Shown here: positions 51,184 to 61,427 of the stretch, one piece after another
How positions within the stretch are numbered: the stretch's first letter is position 1
Layout of the letters: each line of letters begins with the position of its first letter
NCBI RefSeq assembly: GCF_019683755.1
Contig: NZ_JADGHT010000001.1
Span: forward strand, 18,246-82,245
Direction of reading: 5' to 3'
DNA length: 64,000 nt
Source: Thermogemmatispora sp.
GTDB taxonomy: Bacteria > Chloroflexota > Ktedonobacteria > Ktedonobacterales > Ktedonobacteraceae
Translations under genes and position numbers: made by a program
The notes under the pieces: generated by a model
The model's database searches: none
What the model was told of the DNA's origin: nothing
The model's input: only the letters and a program-made list of their open reading frames with translations

Positions 51184-52730
51184 AGGCAGCCTCCTTCCCG
51201 CAAGGCCGCCGCCAGGTCACGGCGGGCTACCGTCCACTCTCTCCCCGAGGCCAGATCGTGCAGCTTGACCGTATTGGCCTGGCGCTCCTCCTCGCCGACA
51301 ATCAAGGCCAACTGGAAACCGCGCCGCGAGGCCTGGCGCAGGGCGTTGCTCATCCGCTGAGAGTGGACATCTAGCTCAGCGATGATATCGCCCTCATGGC
51401 GAGCCTGGCGCGCCACCTGACTGGCATAGGCCAGGTCATGCTTGCCGACAGGGATCACCAGGGCTCGCACTCGCTGGGGAGTCTCCTGCCACTGGCTGGC
51501 AGGAATCAAAGGCAGGAGTCGCTCTAAACCGAAGGCAAAGCCACAGGCTCGTACTTCACGTGTTCCGCCCACAGCCTGAATCAGGTGATCATAGCGTCCC
51601 CCGCCACATAGCTGCAGATCCATGCCCTCCTCATCGGGGGCATGGATCTCGAAAAGCAGACCCGTATAGTAACTCACCCCGCGTCCCAAGGCCAAATTCA
51701 GAGTGATCTGCCGGCGATCAACCCCCGCTACCTCCATGAGCGTCGTTACTAGCTGCTCCAGCTCCTCCAGCGGGCTAGCCTCCAACTGATAGCTCAGGAG
51801 CAACTGGCGCAGCTCCTGAAAGACCTCCGGGGGTGAGCCGGCCAGGGCGCGTAACTTTTGCAGAAACGCCAACGCGCTGAACACCTGCGCACGCTGCTCA
51901 CTACGCCCGATCTTCCAAAGAAAGCGTTCGACAATCTCACGCCGGCTGTCCTCGTCACCAAACGGCAGACTAAAGCTGTTCAGCAGGGCCGCGACTAGAT
52001 GATTAGAGCCGTCAGAGCTGAGCCGGCGCTGCCAGCGCTCGGCGCGGGCAGACGACGCCTCAGCCCCACCAGTCGGCGGCAGCGACCTCTCTACCGTTGG
52101 CTCAGGATACAGTGCCTCTAGCCGAGCGCGTGCTGCCTGCTCTCCCTCGGGCGAACGACTGATCTGCTCCATGAGACTGAGCAACAAGCGCGCAGTTTGG
52201 CTATCTAATTGCAGCCGCTCAATCAGGCCACTGGCGACTCCGACGTGGCCCAGCTCTAAGCGATAGCGGGCAATGCCCAACTCATGCAAAATCTCGCAGG
52301 CAAGCTGCACGATCTCTCCGTCAGCTCGCAACGGCAGACCCCCGAAAAGCTCGACGCCAAGCTGCGTGTGTTGGCGGTAGCGCCCCCGCCCAGGTGCCTC
52401 GTAGCGAAAGACAGGGCCAACGTACTGAAACCGTAGAGGGAGAGGATGCTGCTGATATTGTTCCAAATAAAGACGGCAGATTGACGCAGTATATTCCGGC
52501 CTTAGACACAACTCGCGCTGATGCAGCTGGAAGGCATAGAGATTCTGCCAGGCCTCCTGACCAAAGCTGGCCTGAAAAAGATCGCTACGCTCCAGCACCG
52601 GTGTATCCACCGGCTCGTAGCCGGCCTTCTCCAAGAGAGCGCGCACGCGCTGCACCACCTGCAACTGCCGACGGTATGTATCGGGCAGGACATCGCGCAT
52701 ACCGCGCAGGCGCTCGATACGCTTCTTCAT
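51180..52730 (-). CDS. hisZ: HisZ / HisRS-like protein retaining an anticodon-binding domain
   Basis: LRPEYTAS, VFRYE, YYTG, GGGRYD, GFAFGLER; ATGA overlap with hisG. Confidence 0.72.
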   Translation of the reverse strand: MKKRIERLRGMRDVLPDTYRRQLQVVQRVRALLEKAGYEPVDTPVLERSDLFQASFGQEAWQNLYAFQLHQRELCLRPEYTASICRLYLEQYQQHPLPLRFQYVGPVFRYEAPGRGRYRQHTQLGVELFGGLPLRADGEIVQLACEILHELGIARYRLELGHVGVASGLIERLQLDSQTARLLLSLMEQISRSPEGEQAARARLEALYPEPTVERSLPPTGGAEASSARAERWQRRLSSDGSNHLVAALLNSFSLPFGDEDSRREIVERFLWKIGRSEQRAQVFSALAFLQKLRALAGSPPEVFQELRQLLLSYQLEASPLEELEQLVTTLMEVAGVDRRQITLNLALGRGVSYYTGLLFEIHAPDEEGMDLQLCGGGRYDHLIQAVGGTREVRACGFAFGLERLLPLIPASQWQETPQRVRALVIPVGKHDLAYASQVARQARHEGDIIAELDVHSQRMSNALRQASRRGFQLALIVGEEERQANTVKLHDLASGREWTVARRDLAAALREGGCL

Positions 52731-52998
52731 AAGACAAACTCTCGTTCCCCCAGTAGAGTTATGCCTGCTCCGCCAGAGCCAGCCTGGCGACGATGGGCTG
52801 CGGCAGGGAAAGCAGCCTCTCCCCCGAGGAGATATCGATCCCAGCCAGTCCCTCCTAGCCAGCCTTGCGCTGCCCTCCCCCCAAGGCGGCCAGCGGGCAG
52901 TCAGCTCCGCTCGCCACTTCGAACCGAGGCGAGCCGTGGCCTGCACGGTGATGCTCTGCAGGCCTGCTCGCCTGGCGAGAAAAGCAGAGCCGAAGCGA

Positions 52999-53889
52999 CT
53001 AGGCCGACGGCTGGCGCGCGCCCCGCACGATCATAGTGCCAGCCCCCTTATCAGTGAATAACTCGCGCAGCAATACATGAGGCTCGCGGCCATCGACGAT
53101 ATGCACGCGGGGAACAGAGCGCAAGGCATCCAGGCAGGCTGCAACTTTGGGGATCATCCCGCCCTGGATCACCCCCTCATCGATCAGGCGCAGCGCCTCC
53201 TCCTCCGTCAGCTCTGAAATGAGGCTGCCGTCGGGACGACAAATGCCTACCACATTGCTCAAGAAAATCAGCTTCTCGGCATTGAGGGCGCCCGCCAGGT
53301 GGGCGGCCACAACATCGGCATTGATATTCAGGCAGGTGCCGTCAGGTCCCTGACCAAGAGGCGCAATAATGGGAATATAGCCCTGCTCGACCAGCACCTG
53401 CACCAGCGTGGGATCAACCTCCTCCACCTCACCAACAAAGCCCAAACGCTCATCTGCGACGCGTGCGCGCACCAGACCGGCATCGGTGCCACATAACCCG
53501 ATGGCTTTGCCGCCCATCTGTGAGGCCATCAGCACCAGCCCCTGATTGACTTGCCCCAGCAGCACCATCCGCACCACCTCCAACGTCTGGGCATCGGTCA
53601 CGCGCAGACCATTTTCAAAGCGCGTGGGAATCTGTAAGCGCTTGAGCCATTCATTGATATAGGGACCCCCGCCATGCACCAGGACCGGCTTGGCGCCAAG
53701 GGCACTGAGCCAAATAATGTCTTGCAAGACGATCTGCTGGTGCTCCAGCGTGCTCCCCCCCAATTTTATCACAAGAATTTTCCCTTTGAGGTAATCGATA
53801 TATGGCAACGCCTCACGCAAGACCTCGGCGATCAAATGATGATCACTAATAATATCTCCATCAGGTGTTCTTGAAAATGCAATGGCCAT
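52999..53889 (-). CDS. argB: Acetylglutamate kinase
   Basis: EALPYI, IKLGGS, VHGGG, GLRVTD, NINAD, GGMIPK, ELFTDKGAGT. Confidence 0.95.
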   Translation of the reverse strand: MAIAFSRTPDGDIISDHHLIAEVLREALPYIDYLKGKILVIKLGGSTLEHQQIVLQDIIWLSALGAKPVLVHGGGPYINEWLKRLQIPTRFENGLRVTDAQTLEVVRMVLLGQVNQGLVLMASQMGGKAIGLCGTDAGLVRARVADERLGFVGEVEEVDPTLVQVLVEQGYIPIIAPLGQGPDGTCLNINADVVAAHLAGALNAEKLIFLSNVVGICRPDGSLISELTEEEALRLIDEGVIQGGMIPKVAACLDALRSVPRVHIVDGREPHVLLRELFTDKGAGTMIVRGARQPSA

Positions 53890-54144
53890 TTCTCTGCTAA
53901 CTCCTCGTCAGACCGTTGTCAAACAGGCTTCAGCCGGCACCGGCAACACAGCAGCCATCAATCTTCTCACTAGCAAGCACCTCTCACCGGCCTGCCGGTC
54001 ACTCACTGACTCACACTGCTCTGGTCGCCCCGGGGGAAGATAGCTGTCCCCTCTGTTCGCTCAAATGGGGGCGGTGCTCGCTCTGAGCGGGCTGGGTGCC
54101 GCTTGTAGACGCAGGCTCGTGCACAAGCTCACAAGACGGGGGCC

Positions 54145-55233
54145 TCACGGGTAGACTGCGCCCACCTGCAGGCCAGAGCGCTCGTCGAAACCAAACATGC
54201 AATTGGCATTCTGCAGGGCCTGCCCAGCAGCCCCCTTGACCAGATTGTCCAGGCACGAAAGCACCAAGAGCCGCCCGCTGCGCTCATCAACCGTCACATA
54301 CAGCAGGCAGTGATTGCTCCCATAGGTCCACTTAGTATGCGGCGGCTGATCAATGACGTGGACGAACGGCTCATCTGCATAGTAGTCACGATAAATGGCC
54401 TGAATCTGGGCTCGGTCCGGGAAGCGACCCGAGCTGTCGTGGCGCAGCTCCGCGTAGCAGGTGGCCAAAATACCGCGTGTCATAGGAGCCAGGTGAGGGA
54501 CAAAGGTCAGGCGCAGACCTGGCTCATAGGCCTGGCCAGCGGCGCGGGCCGCGGTTTCTAGCTCCTGCACGATCTCGGGCAGATGGCGATGGCCTCCGAG
54601 GCTGTAGGCGCTTAGATCTTCATTGGCCTCAGCATAATGAGTATCCAGGCGTAGCCCTCGTCCAGCCCCGCTCAGGCCCGACTTGGCATCGACGATCAGG
54701 TCCCGGCTGACGAGGCCCGCCGAGAGAGCTGGCAGCAGAGCCAGGATGATCGCCGTCGCGTAGCAGCCAGGATTAGCTACTAGCGCGGTTGTACGGAGAC
54801 GCTCGCGATAGCGCTCACATAGCCCGTAGACAGCCTGCTCCAGTAAGGCGGGAGCCGGATGCGTATGCTTATACCACTCTTGATAGAGGGAAGGATCACG
54901 CAGGCGGAAATCAGCGGAGAGGTCTACTACTCTCGTGCCGCGCTGGAGCAAGACCTGTACCGCCTCCGCGGCAGCACCATGAGGCAGACAGACAAAAGCC
55001 AGCTCTGTCGCCTCTGGCTCCTCTGTGATCGGCAACTCCGCCAAATGGCGTGCCGCCTCCTGGCAAGCGCCGCCGGCCAGAGCATACAACTGAGGAAAGA
55101 CCTGACCCAGGCGCTGACCAGCAGCGCTGCGCCCTGTCACCGAAGCGACACGAAAGTGAGGGTGATTGGCCAGCAGCCTCAGCAGCTCCAGACCAGTATA
55201 GCTGGTAACATTGACAATTGAAACGCTCACCAT
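54145..55233 (-). CDS. argC: N-acetyl-gamma-glutamyl-phosphate reductase
   Basis: LPHG, DLSADFRL, ANPGCYAT, SGAGR, HRHLPEI, DNLVKGAAGQA. Confidence 0.95.
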   Translation of the reverse strand: MVSVSIVNVTSYTGLELLRLLANHPHFRVASVTGRSAAGQRLGQVFPQLYALAGGACQEAARHLAELPITEEPEATELAFVCLPHGAAAEAVQVLLQRGTRVVDLSADFRLRDPSLYQEWYKHTHPAPALLEQAVYGLCERYRERLRTTALVANPGCYATAIILALLPALSAGLVSRDLIVDAKSGLSGAGRGLRLDTHYAEANEDLSAYSLGGHRHLPEIVQELETAARAAGQAYEPGLRLTFVPHLAPMTRGILATCYAELRHDSSGRFPDRAQIQAIYRDYYADEPFVHVIDQPPHTKWTYGSNHCLLYVTVDERSGRLLVLSCLDNLVKGAAGQALQNANCMFGFDERSGLQVGAVYP

Positions 55234-55384
55234 CGAAACACGCTCCTGAACTCCTGGGCTGTTGCGAGGAACGAGGGCGGCATACGTGCTGGCCGACTGG
55301 CCTGACCACTGTCTTCACCTCTCTGCAGCGACGGCTCTATCTGCCAGCCTTTCTGCGCAGCCAGCCGGTCAGAGAGAGACCAAA

Positions 55385-56000
55385 TAAAAACGCCCTCGTC
55401 CCTGACCACTCTGCATCGAAGGGACGAGAGCCACGAGTAACGCTCCCGCGGTACCACCCTGCTTGTCACCACCTGCAGCGCAGCCTCGGTCTGGCAACGC
55501 AGCGACCTGCAGCTCTACTTACTCAGGCAGCGACTATGCCATACAGCCGCCCCTTGGTCCTTGGAGCCTCTTGGCGATGCCATTGACTGGTTGGTAGCGA
55601 CCCGGACCATGAGATGATGATCCGCCGTGCCGCCCAGTCAGTGGAACGCGACCACTTTTACACCAGCCAGGGCCTCACTGGCAACTTGGCGCCTTGGCCA
55701 TTGCCGCTGCAGTCTGCTCATGCCAGCACCAGAGATTCCTCACCTCATCGTGTGGAACTGTGCTGTGACCACTCTTGCCGGTTATACTGCTGCGTGGGAA
55801 CCACCCACCTGGCCTACTTGCCCCAGTCGATCACACTTTGCCCCAGCCAGACCTGGGCCTGCGAGAGAAGACGCGCTCGACCCGGACTTTCTTCGGCCAG
55901 CCGCTCACGAACGGGTTCTGAGCCGACGCATCCCTGCCGAACTCTCACCAACCTTCGGCTCGCTGTTGGCCGTCGGACTCATACTAGTTTCGCTCAACGC
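55385..56000 (-). ncRNA. T-box riboswitch upstream of argC (specifier ambiguous Arg/Pro)
   Basis: Minus strand: stem I TGAGCGAA-ACTAGTA..CAGCGAG..GGTGAGA..GAACCCG-TTCGTGAG; stem II CTGGCC-GAA..AGTA-GGCCAG; antiterminator AGGGTGGTACCGCG (55447-55460); terminator CTCGTCCCT..AGGGACGAG plus T-run. Confidence 0.88.
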
Positions 56001-56034
56001 GGGACAGACTTGTATGCACTTGTTATTGTTTTTA

Positions 56035-56063
56035 AGGATAGCAGCAGTGGCGTGCGTTGTCAA
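56035..56063 (-). promoter_or_regulatory. Promoter TTGACA-N17-TATCCT for the arg T-box leader
   Basis: Consensus -35, TG-extended -10, correct spacing. Confidence 0.7.
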
Positions 56064-56338
56064 CCAGTGGATGAACGAGCTGCGGTTTTTCGCGCTTTCC
56101 TGCTCTTCCCTGGTGAGCCGACAATCAGGTATATTACTGGGGGTGTGCCGTCAGGAGGCAGCGCAGGCAACAAAGCAGGTCAACTGCCATGCGCATGACT
56201 GTCCCGCAAGCTCCTCTGGCGCAGACCAACGGCGACCGCAACCGTGATCGCTCTCACCTTCGGCCCATGCGACAGAGATCCGGCGGTCCACCCCTGTCCA
56301 TCTTGAGCACCGACAGTGAAGGATGAGGAACGAAGCGC

Positions 56339-57868
56339 ATGTTAGCAGCACGAGAGGCACATCGGGAGAAGGTGCTTGTCGCGCTCTCCTCGGTGGGGGC
56401 GGCGGTCGGGCTGACCGCTCTGAAGCTCATGGCTGGTCTGCTCAGCGGTAGCCTGGGCATCCTGGCCGAGGCGGCCCATTCGGCATTGGATCTTGCGGCG
56501 GCCCTTCTGACCTTTCTGGCCGTACGGGTCGCCGACCGGCCTGCCGATGCTACCCATAACTACGGCCATGCCAAGATCGAAAACCTCTCAGCTCTCTTCG
56601 AGGCCATCCTCCTGCTGGCCACTGCTCTGTGGATCATCTACGAAGCCCTGCGTCGCCTGATTCTGAGCGAGGGGCATGTCGAGGCAAGCATTCTGGCTCT
56701 GCTAGTGATGGCTATCTCGATTGCTGTCGACGTGACACGCTCGCGCGCCCTATTGCGCGTTGCGCGTCGCCTGGGTAGCCAGGCCCTCGAGGCCGATGCA
56801 CTCCATTTCAGCACCGATATCTGGAGCTCAGCGATTGTGATCGCTGGCCTGCTGGTCCTGCGCCTGGCGGAGATCTGGCACTTGCCGCCCTGGGTCAAGC
56901 AGGCCGATGCTGTCGCCGCCCTCGGCGTCTCTCTGATCGTGATCTACGTCGCGCTGCGCCTGGCGCGTGAAACAGTCGATGCCCTCCTCGACCGCGCGCC
57001 TGAGGAACTCTTGCACCACCTTGAAAGCGCCATCCGGCAGGTCGAAGGCGTCAGCGAACTGCGTCGGATACGGGTGCGCCGCGCCGGTAACAAAATTTTC
57101 GCCGATGTGGTGGTCGCTGCCCCGCGCTCTTTCACTTTCGAGGAGACTCATGCCCTCAGCGAGCGCGTCGAGCAGGCCGCAATCGCTGGCGTGCGGGCGC
57201 ACGCTCCTCAGGCTGAGACCGATGTAGTCGTGCACCTGGAACCAGTGGCCAGTGCTGAGGAGACGGTACGCGAGCAGATTCACTACCTGGCACAGCAGCA
57301 GGGGATTCGGGCGCACGACATTCGTGTGCGTGAAGTAGGCGGCAAGCTGGAGGCCGATTTCGATATTGAGGTGGAGGCGGATATGGATCTGGCCAGCGCC
57401 CACGCAGCCGCCACTCGCCTTGAGGAGGCGGTGCTGCGGGGCAATGCCCAGCTTCAGCGTGTCACCACCCACCTGGAGGCTGCTCCACCGGCTACCATCG
57501 AGCGGCGCCAGGACGTCACTAGCGACTATCCCGAGATGGTGCAACGCATTCGCCAACTTGCCGATGCAGTAGCCGGTCCAGGTAGCGCTCACGATATCCA
57601 CCTCTATCGCTCCTGCCGGGCCGAGGACTGTTCTGGGGGAGCAACAGGCTCTGGGTCTGGGTCCCGCAAGGAACAGTCGCCAGGAGCCAGAGGACAGGTG
57701 AAGGCCAACGGACGTGAAGATGAGCTGGATCTCGTTCTGCATATTACCTGTGCTCCAGAGACGCCCCTGAGTCAGGCCCATCTCCGAGCTGAGGAAGTCC
57801 AGCGCGCCCTGCGCCAGGAGTATCCCCGGCTCGGCTCGGTCGCCATTCATACGGAGCCACCGGAGTAA
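56339..57868 (+). CDS. Cation diffusion facilitator with three C-terminal ZT-dimer-like domains
   Basis: EAAHSALD, HNYGHAKIE, ADALHFSTD; repeated VHLEP / THLEA / IHTEP ends. Confidence 0.9.
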   Translation: MLAAREAHREKVLVALSSVGAAVGLTALKLMAGLLSGSLGILAEAAHSALDLAAALLTFLAVRVADRPADATHNYGHAKIENLSALFEAILLLATALWIIYEALRRLILSEGHVEASILALLVMAISIAVDVTRSRALLRVARRLGSQALEADALHFSTDIWSSAIVIAGLLVLRLAEIWHLPPWVKQADAVAALGVSLIVIYVALRLARETVDALLDRAPEELLHHLESAIRQVEGVSELRRIRVRRAGNKIFADVVVAAPRSFTFEETHALSERVEQAAIAGVRAHAPQAETDVVVHLEPVASAEETVREQIHYLAQQQGIRAHDIRVREVGGKLEADFDIEVEADMDLASAHAAATRLEEAVLRGNAQLQRVTTHLEAAPPATIERRQDVTSDYPEMVQRIRQLADAVAGPGSAHDIHLYRSCRAEDCSGGATGSGSGSRKEQSPGARGQVKANGREDELDLVLHITCAPETPLSQAHLRAEEVQRALRQEYPRLGSVAIHTEPPE

Positions 57869-57991
57869 TCCACCTGCCTGAGACCCGGGATGGCTGGGGC
57901 TGGCCCAGAACCTCACCCTGGCCGAGCCTGGTTCTGACGCCTGAAGGCAGGCAACGGCGCAGGACGCTTGTCAGTCCTCAGCGCACGCCGG

Positions 57992-58696
57992 TCATCGCTG
58001 GCGGCTGGTGCGCAGGGCCGAGATCCGCTGGAGCAGTTCCTCGAGAGGCAGAGCGCTCAAGCTTGGCAGTTGCAGATCGGGCGTGGCATCGTCAGAAAAG
58101 GTCGCGTGGCGTGTGAGAACGCTGGGCACGGCAACGCAAAAGATGCCCGCCCGCCGTGCCGCGCGTACGCCATTGGGCGAATCTTCGAGAGCAATTGCTT
58201 CCTCTGGTCTTACGCCCAGACAGCGCAGGACCGCGAGATAGACCGCTGGGTCCGGCTTAGTCACATGGACATCGTCGCCACAGCAGATACACTGAAACCG
58301 CGAGCGCAACCCCAGGCGCTCGAGATGCCCAACAACCCAGCGCCGCGATGAGGAGGAGGCTACTCCCAGGAGCAAACCCAGTCGCTCGGCAGCCTCTAAA
58401 TAGTCCAGCACTCCCTCTGCGACCGCCTGCCCCTCTAGAAGCTGGCGACAGTATTCCCGCCGGCTTTGCCGGAGCGCTTCGCGCTCTTCGGGAGAGAAGA
58501 CATGTCCCAGACGGCGTTCTAGTTCGCGCAAGGGGTCAAAGGGGTTAGAGGTAGGACCAATGCCAATGTAGGGTAACCAGGCCTCTAACTCGAAGCGCTG
58601 GCCATAGAGGGCATAGAGCTGCTGCCAGGCCAGAAACTCGGGCAGTTCGGTTTCGAGAATGAGGCCATCGAAGTCGAAGATCAGCGCGGTAATCAT
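57992..58696 (-). CDS. HAD family phosphatase (subfamily IA)
   Basis: FDFDGLILETE, ASSS, KPDP, LEDSPNG. Confidence 0.9.
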   Translation of the reverse strand: MITALIFDFDGLILETELPEFLAWQQLYALYGQRFELEAWLPYIGIGPTSNPFDPLRELERRLGHVFSPEEREALRQSRREYCRQLLEGQAVAEGVLDYLEAAERLGLLLGVASSSSRRWVVGHLERLGLRSRFQCICCGDDVHVTKPDPAVYLAVLRCLGVRPEEAIALEDSPNGVRAARRAGIFCVAVPSVLTRHATFSDDATPDLQLPSLSALPLEELLQRISALRTSRQR

Positions 58697-59060
58697 GTCC
58701 TCCTTGGCGGGCCCGGTCCCCGACCGCGACAGGACAGACGTCAACAGTTGTCGCCGACGGGGAGCCGCAACCCGAGCAATGGCAGATCAGATCAAAGGCA
58801 GACATCGACCGACCTGCCGCTGACTTGAGCTGGCGCACTGGACCGGTCGGAGCGATAGCTCTGCCTTAAGCATATCACATCGGAAGGGCAGCTCGCTTGC
58901 CTTTCGCTGCCGGTGAGGCGCCGCCCTATGGAATCTCCTGTCTGCTCTGCTTGGCTTTGCTTAGCGGGCCAATGAAGCCGATGTCCGTCGGGCGCTGGCG
59001 AGGATCGCCCCCGCACCCGACGGGCACCGGTCCGTTCCCTGTGCCTCGGCGTCTCCTCGT

Positions 59061-60062
59061 CTAGGCTATAAACTGATTGGTATAGGCAGCACTGATATCA
59101 GAGACAGAAGGAACCAGCTTAAGCGCGGTCATGAAGGAGGCCGTAGCCTGCCAGACCGCTGGATCATTGTAGCCGAGGTGGCCGTTGCCGCGCCAGATAG
59201 GAATGGTTGCCTGAAGCACTTCCCTGGCCTTGGCGAGATCCATCCCCGGAACATAACTCTTACTCAGCTGCAGAGCCTCATCGGGGTTAGCAATGACCTC
59301 CCGCAATCCACGCAAGGTCGCCTGGACAAAGGCCCGCACCATCTGCGCTTGCTGGTGCAGCGTTTCCTGCAGCGTCACGATGCCGTTTGAGATCAGCGGC
59401 TGATAGTCCGAGACCTCAAAGGTACGCACAGCAAAACCTTGACGGCGCAGCTGCAGCGGCTCATTGTTCGAATACCCCATGACGGCATCGACCTTGTGGC
59501 CGAGCAAGGCAGCAACCTGGGTGAAACCGATAGATTGGAGATGAATATCGTTGACACTCAGATGCTGGTGGTAGAGCAAAGCGAGCAGTCCGACATAGGT
59601 AGCTCCATATGGACCGGGGACCCCAACGCTATGACCTTTGAGATCGGCCAAGGTGCGGATCGGCGAGTCCGCAGGAACGATCAGGCAGACCGGGTAGCGT
59701 TGGAAGATGGTGGCAACATCGACGGCCTGGACTCCCTTACTGCGGGCTGTCAGTTCTTCATCGCCACTGGCGAAAACAAAGGTGTTACGTCCCGCCACCA
59801 TCGAGCCAATCAGGTCGGTGACAATCCCATGATTAATGGTGACGTTTAGTCCAGCCTGGCTGTAATAGCCCTTGGCCTTGGCCACGTAGAAGGGCGCAAA
59901 CTGGATATCGGGAATGTAGCCCAGGCCAATGGTCACGTCTGTCAGCGTCTTTCCTCCATTGGACGAGGGCGCACTTTGCCCCGCCGACTGGCCACAAGCG
60001 CTCAGCAGCAGGCAACATACAAGCAGGCCACTTGTAAACAAGAGGTACGTGATCTTCCGCAT
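59061..60062 (-). CDS. ribY: NMT1/THI5-type ABC substrate-binding lipoprotein, probable riboflavin binder
   Basis: Lipobox LSAC, GYIPDIQFAPFYVA; downstream of an FMN riboswitch. Confidence 0.8.
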   Translation of the reverse strand: MRKITYLLFTSGLLVCCLLLSACGQSAGQSAPSSNGGKTLTDVTIGLGYIPDIQFAPFYVAKAKGYYSQAGLNVTINHGIVTDLIGSMVAGRNTFVFASGDEELTARSKGVQAVDVATIFQRYPVCLIVPADSPIRTLADLKGHSVGVPGPYGATYVGLLALLYHQHLSVNDIHLQSIGFTQVAALLGHKVDAVMGYSNNEPLQLRRQGFAVRTFEVSDYQPLISNGIVTLQETLHQQAQMVRAFVQATLRGLREVIANPDEALQLSKSYVPGMDLAKAREVLQATIPIWRGNGHLGYNDPAVWQATASFMTALKLVPSVSDISAAYTNQFIA

Positions 60063-60236
60063 AAGGCGCACAATCCCCCATACAGACAACACAACAATGC
60101 TTGCTTGTCGAGAGTGAGCGACTGGACATAGGAGCGGCACGCTGGCTGGCCAGCGGCGCCGAGCAGGTGGCAGGTAGAGCTAGGAGGCCGGAGCGCGGCC
60201 CTTCGTCAAGCGCACCAGCAGGCGTGTTTGGGCGCA

Positions 60237-61136
60237 TCAATAGACCGCTTCGGCCAGTTTGCTCAGCAGCCAGGCAAGACCGTAGTAGACTGCCGCCAGC
60301 GCGGCAAGCAACGCCAGTGTTGCGAACATAAAGGGTGTATCGTACTGGTGCTGTCCTTGCAGAATGAGGCCCCCTAGCCCCTGATTGCCGCCGGCAACAA
60401 ACTCGCCCACGAGGGCGCCGGTGATCGAAAGCGTCAGGCCGGTACGCACCGCTGCCATGATGGCGGGCAGTGCCAGGGGAAACTCAATAGCGGTCAGCAG
60501 CGACCAGCCGGCGGCCCCATCGACACGCGCTGCATCCAAAATGGAGCGATCGATCGTGCGCACACCCAGCGCAGTCGTGATCACCATTGGAAAGAGCACT
60601 ACCAGCATACACAGAATGACGGTAGGAAGCAAGGTGTAACCCAGCCAAAGCACGAGAAAGGGCGCGATGACAATGGCGGGGATCGCCTGGCCAGCGGCCA
60701 GATAAGGCTGAACTGTGGCAGCGATCAGACGTGACTTGGCCAGGCCATAGCCCAGGGGAAGCCCGATGACCACCGCCAGCAGGAAGCCCAGCAGACTTTC
60801 CTGAATGGTGGCCAGAGCATTCAGCTCATAGAGGCCCGAGCTGAGACCATCCAGCAGGCGTTGCCAGACATCGGCAGGAGCTGGTAAAAAGAGCGGATTG
60901 ATCCGCCAATAAGCGGTAGCGAGATACCAGAGGCCCAGAAGCACAGCGGCCACCAGCACGGGTGGCACTACATTCAAGGCACTGCTCCGTCGACGTGCCC
61001 TACTGGCTCCAGGCCTTGGCGCGCCGATCAGTGCCTTGAGTTGCTCATGCTCTTCTCCCTGGCCCTGGCGGTCCTGGTGAGGCAGCGTCAGCGGGAGTTG
61101 CTGGCTGCGAGAGGAAGAAGTGTCGATACCCATCAT
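60237..61136 (-). CDS. ribX: ABC permease, probable riboflavin transporter
   Basis: EAA-like DAARVDGA loop, GALVGEF, GLG; first gene after the FMN riboswitch. Confidence 0.8.
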   Translation of the reverse strand: MMGIDTSSSRSQQLPLTLPHQDRQGQGEEHEQLKALIGAPRPGASRARRRSSALNVVPPVLVAAVLLGLWYLATAYWRINPLFLPAPADVWQRLLDGLSSGLYELNALATIQESLLGFLLAVVIGLPLGYGLAKSRLIAATVQPYLAAGQAIPAIVIAPFLVLWLGYTLLPTVILCMLVVLFPMVITTALGVRTIDRSILDAARVDGAAGWSLLTAIEFPLALPAIMAAVRTGLTLSITGALVGEFVAGGNQGLGGLILQGQHQYDTPFMFATLALLAALAAVYYGLAWLLSKLAEAVY

Positions 61137-61427
61137 GGCCCTCGGTGATCTGTTCTCGTGACAACGCTGCTGCTTCTCCCATCCTGAGCCGCCGTATGCT
61201 CGGCAGCCGGAGCGGCTCCGACCAGAATTGGGGTCCTGCCCAGCAACGGCCTTGTTCTGCCAGGGAGATATCAGACAGCGACGCTGTCAGTTCAACCGAC
61301 CCGGGGGGCATGTGAGGGAGATGCAGGAAGGCGCTGACGGAGAGCCTGATCGCATGCACTGCACCGCTTCAGGCGCGTCATGCTGGCAGCGAGCGAAGGA
61401 TCAACTCATCCGTTTCGCGAGATACCA

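Noticed and set aside
52999-55233. argB/argC as LysW-dependent lysZ/lysY
   Set aside because: Kinase has the EALPYI N-helix and ELFT..G.GT tail of arginine-type ArgB; no lysW/lysX nearby.
55614-56247. Two about 200-aa plus-strand ORFs upstream of argC
   Set aside because: Overlap the T-box leader and its promoter on the opposite strand; non-protein-like composition.
56828-57916. 362-aa ORF antisense to the CDF gene (and many similar antisense ORFs in the track)
   Set aside because: Fully overlap well-supported genes; expected at this GC content.
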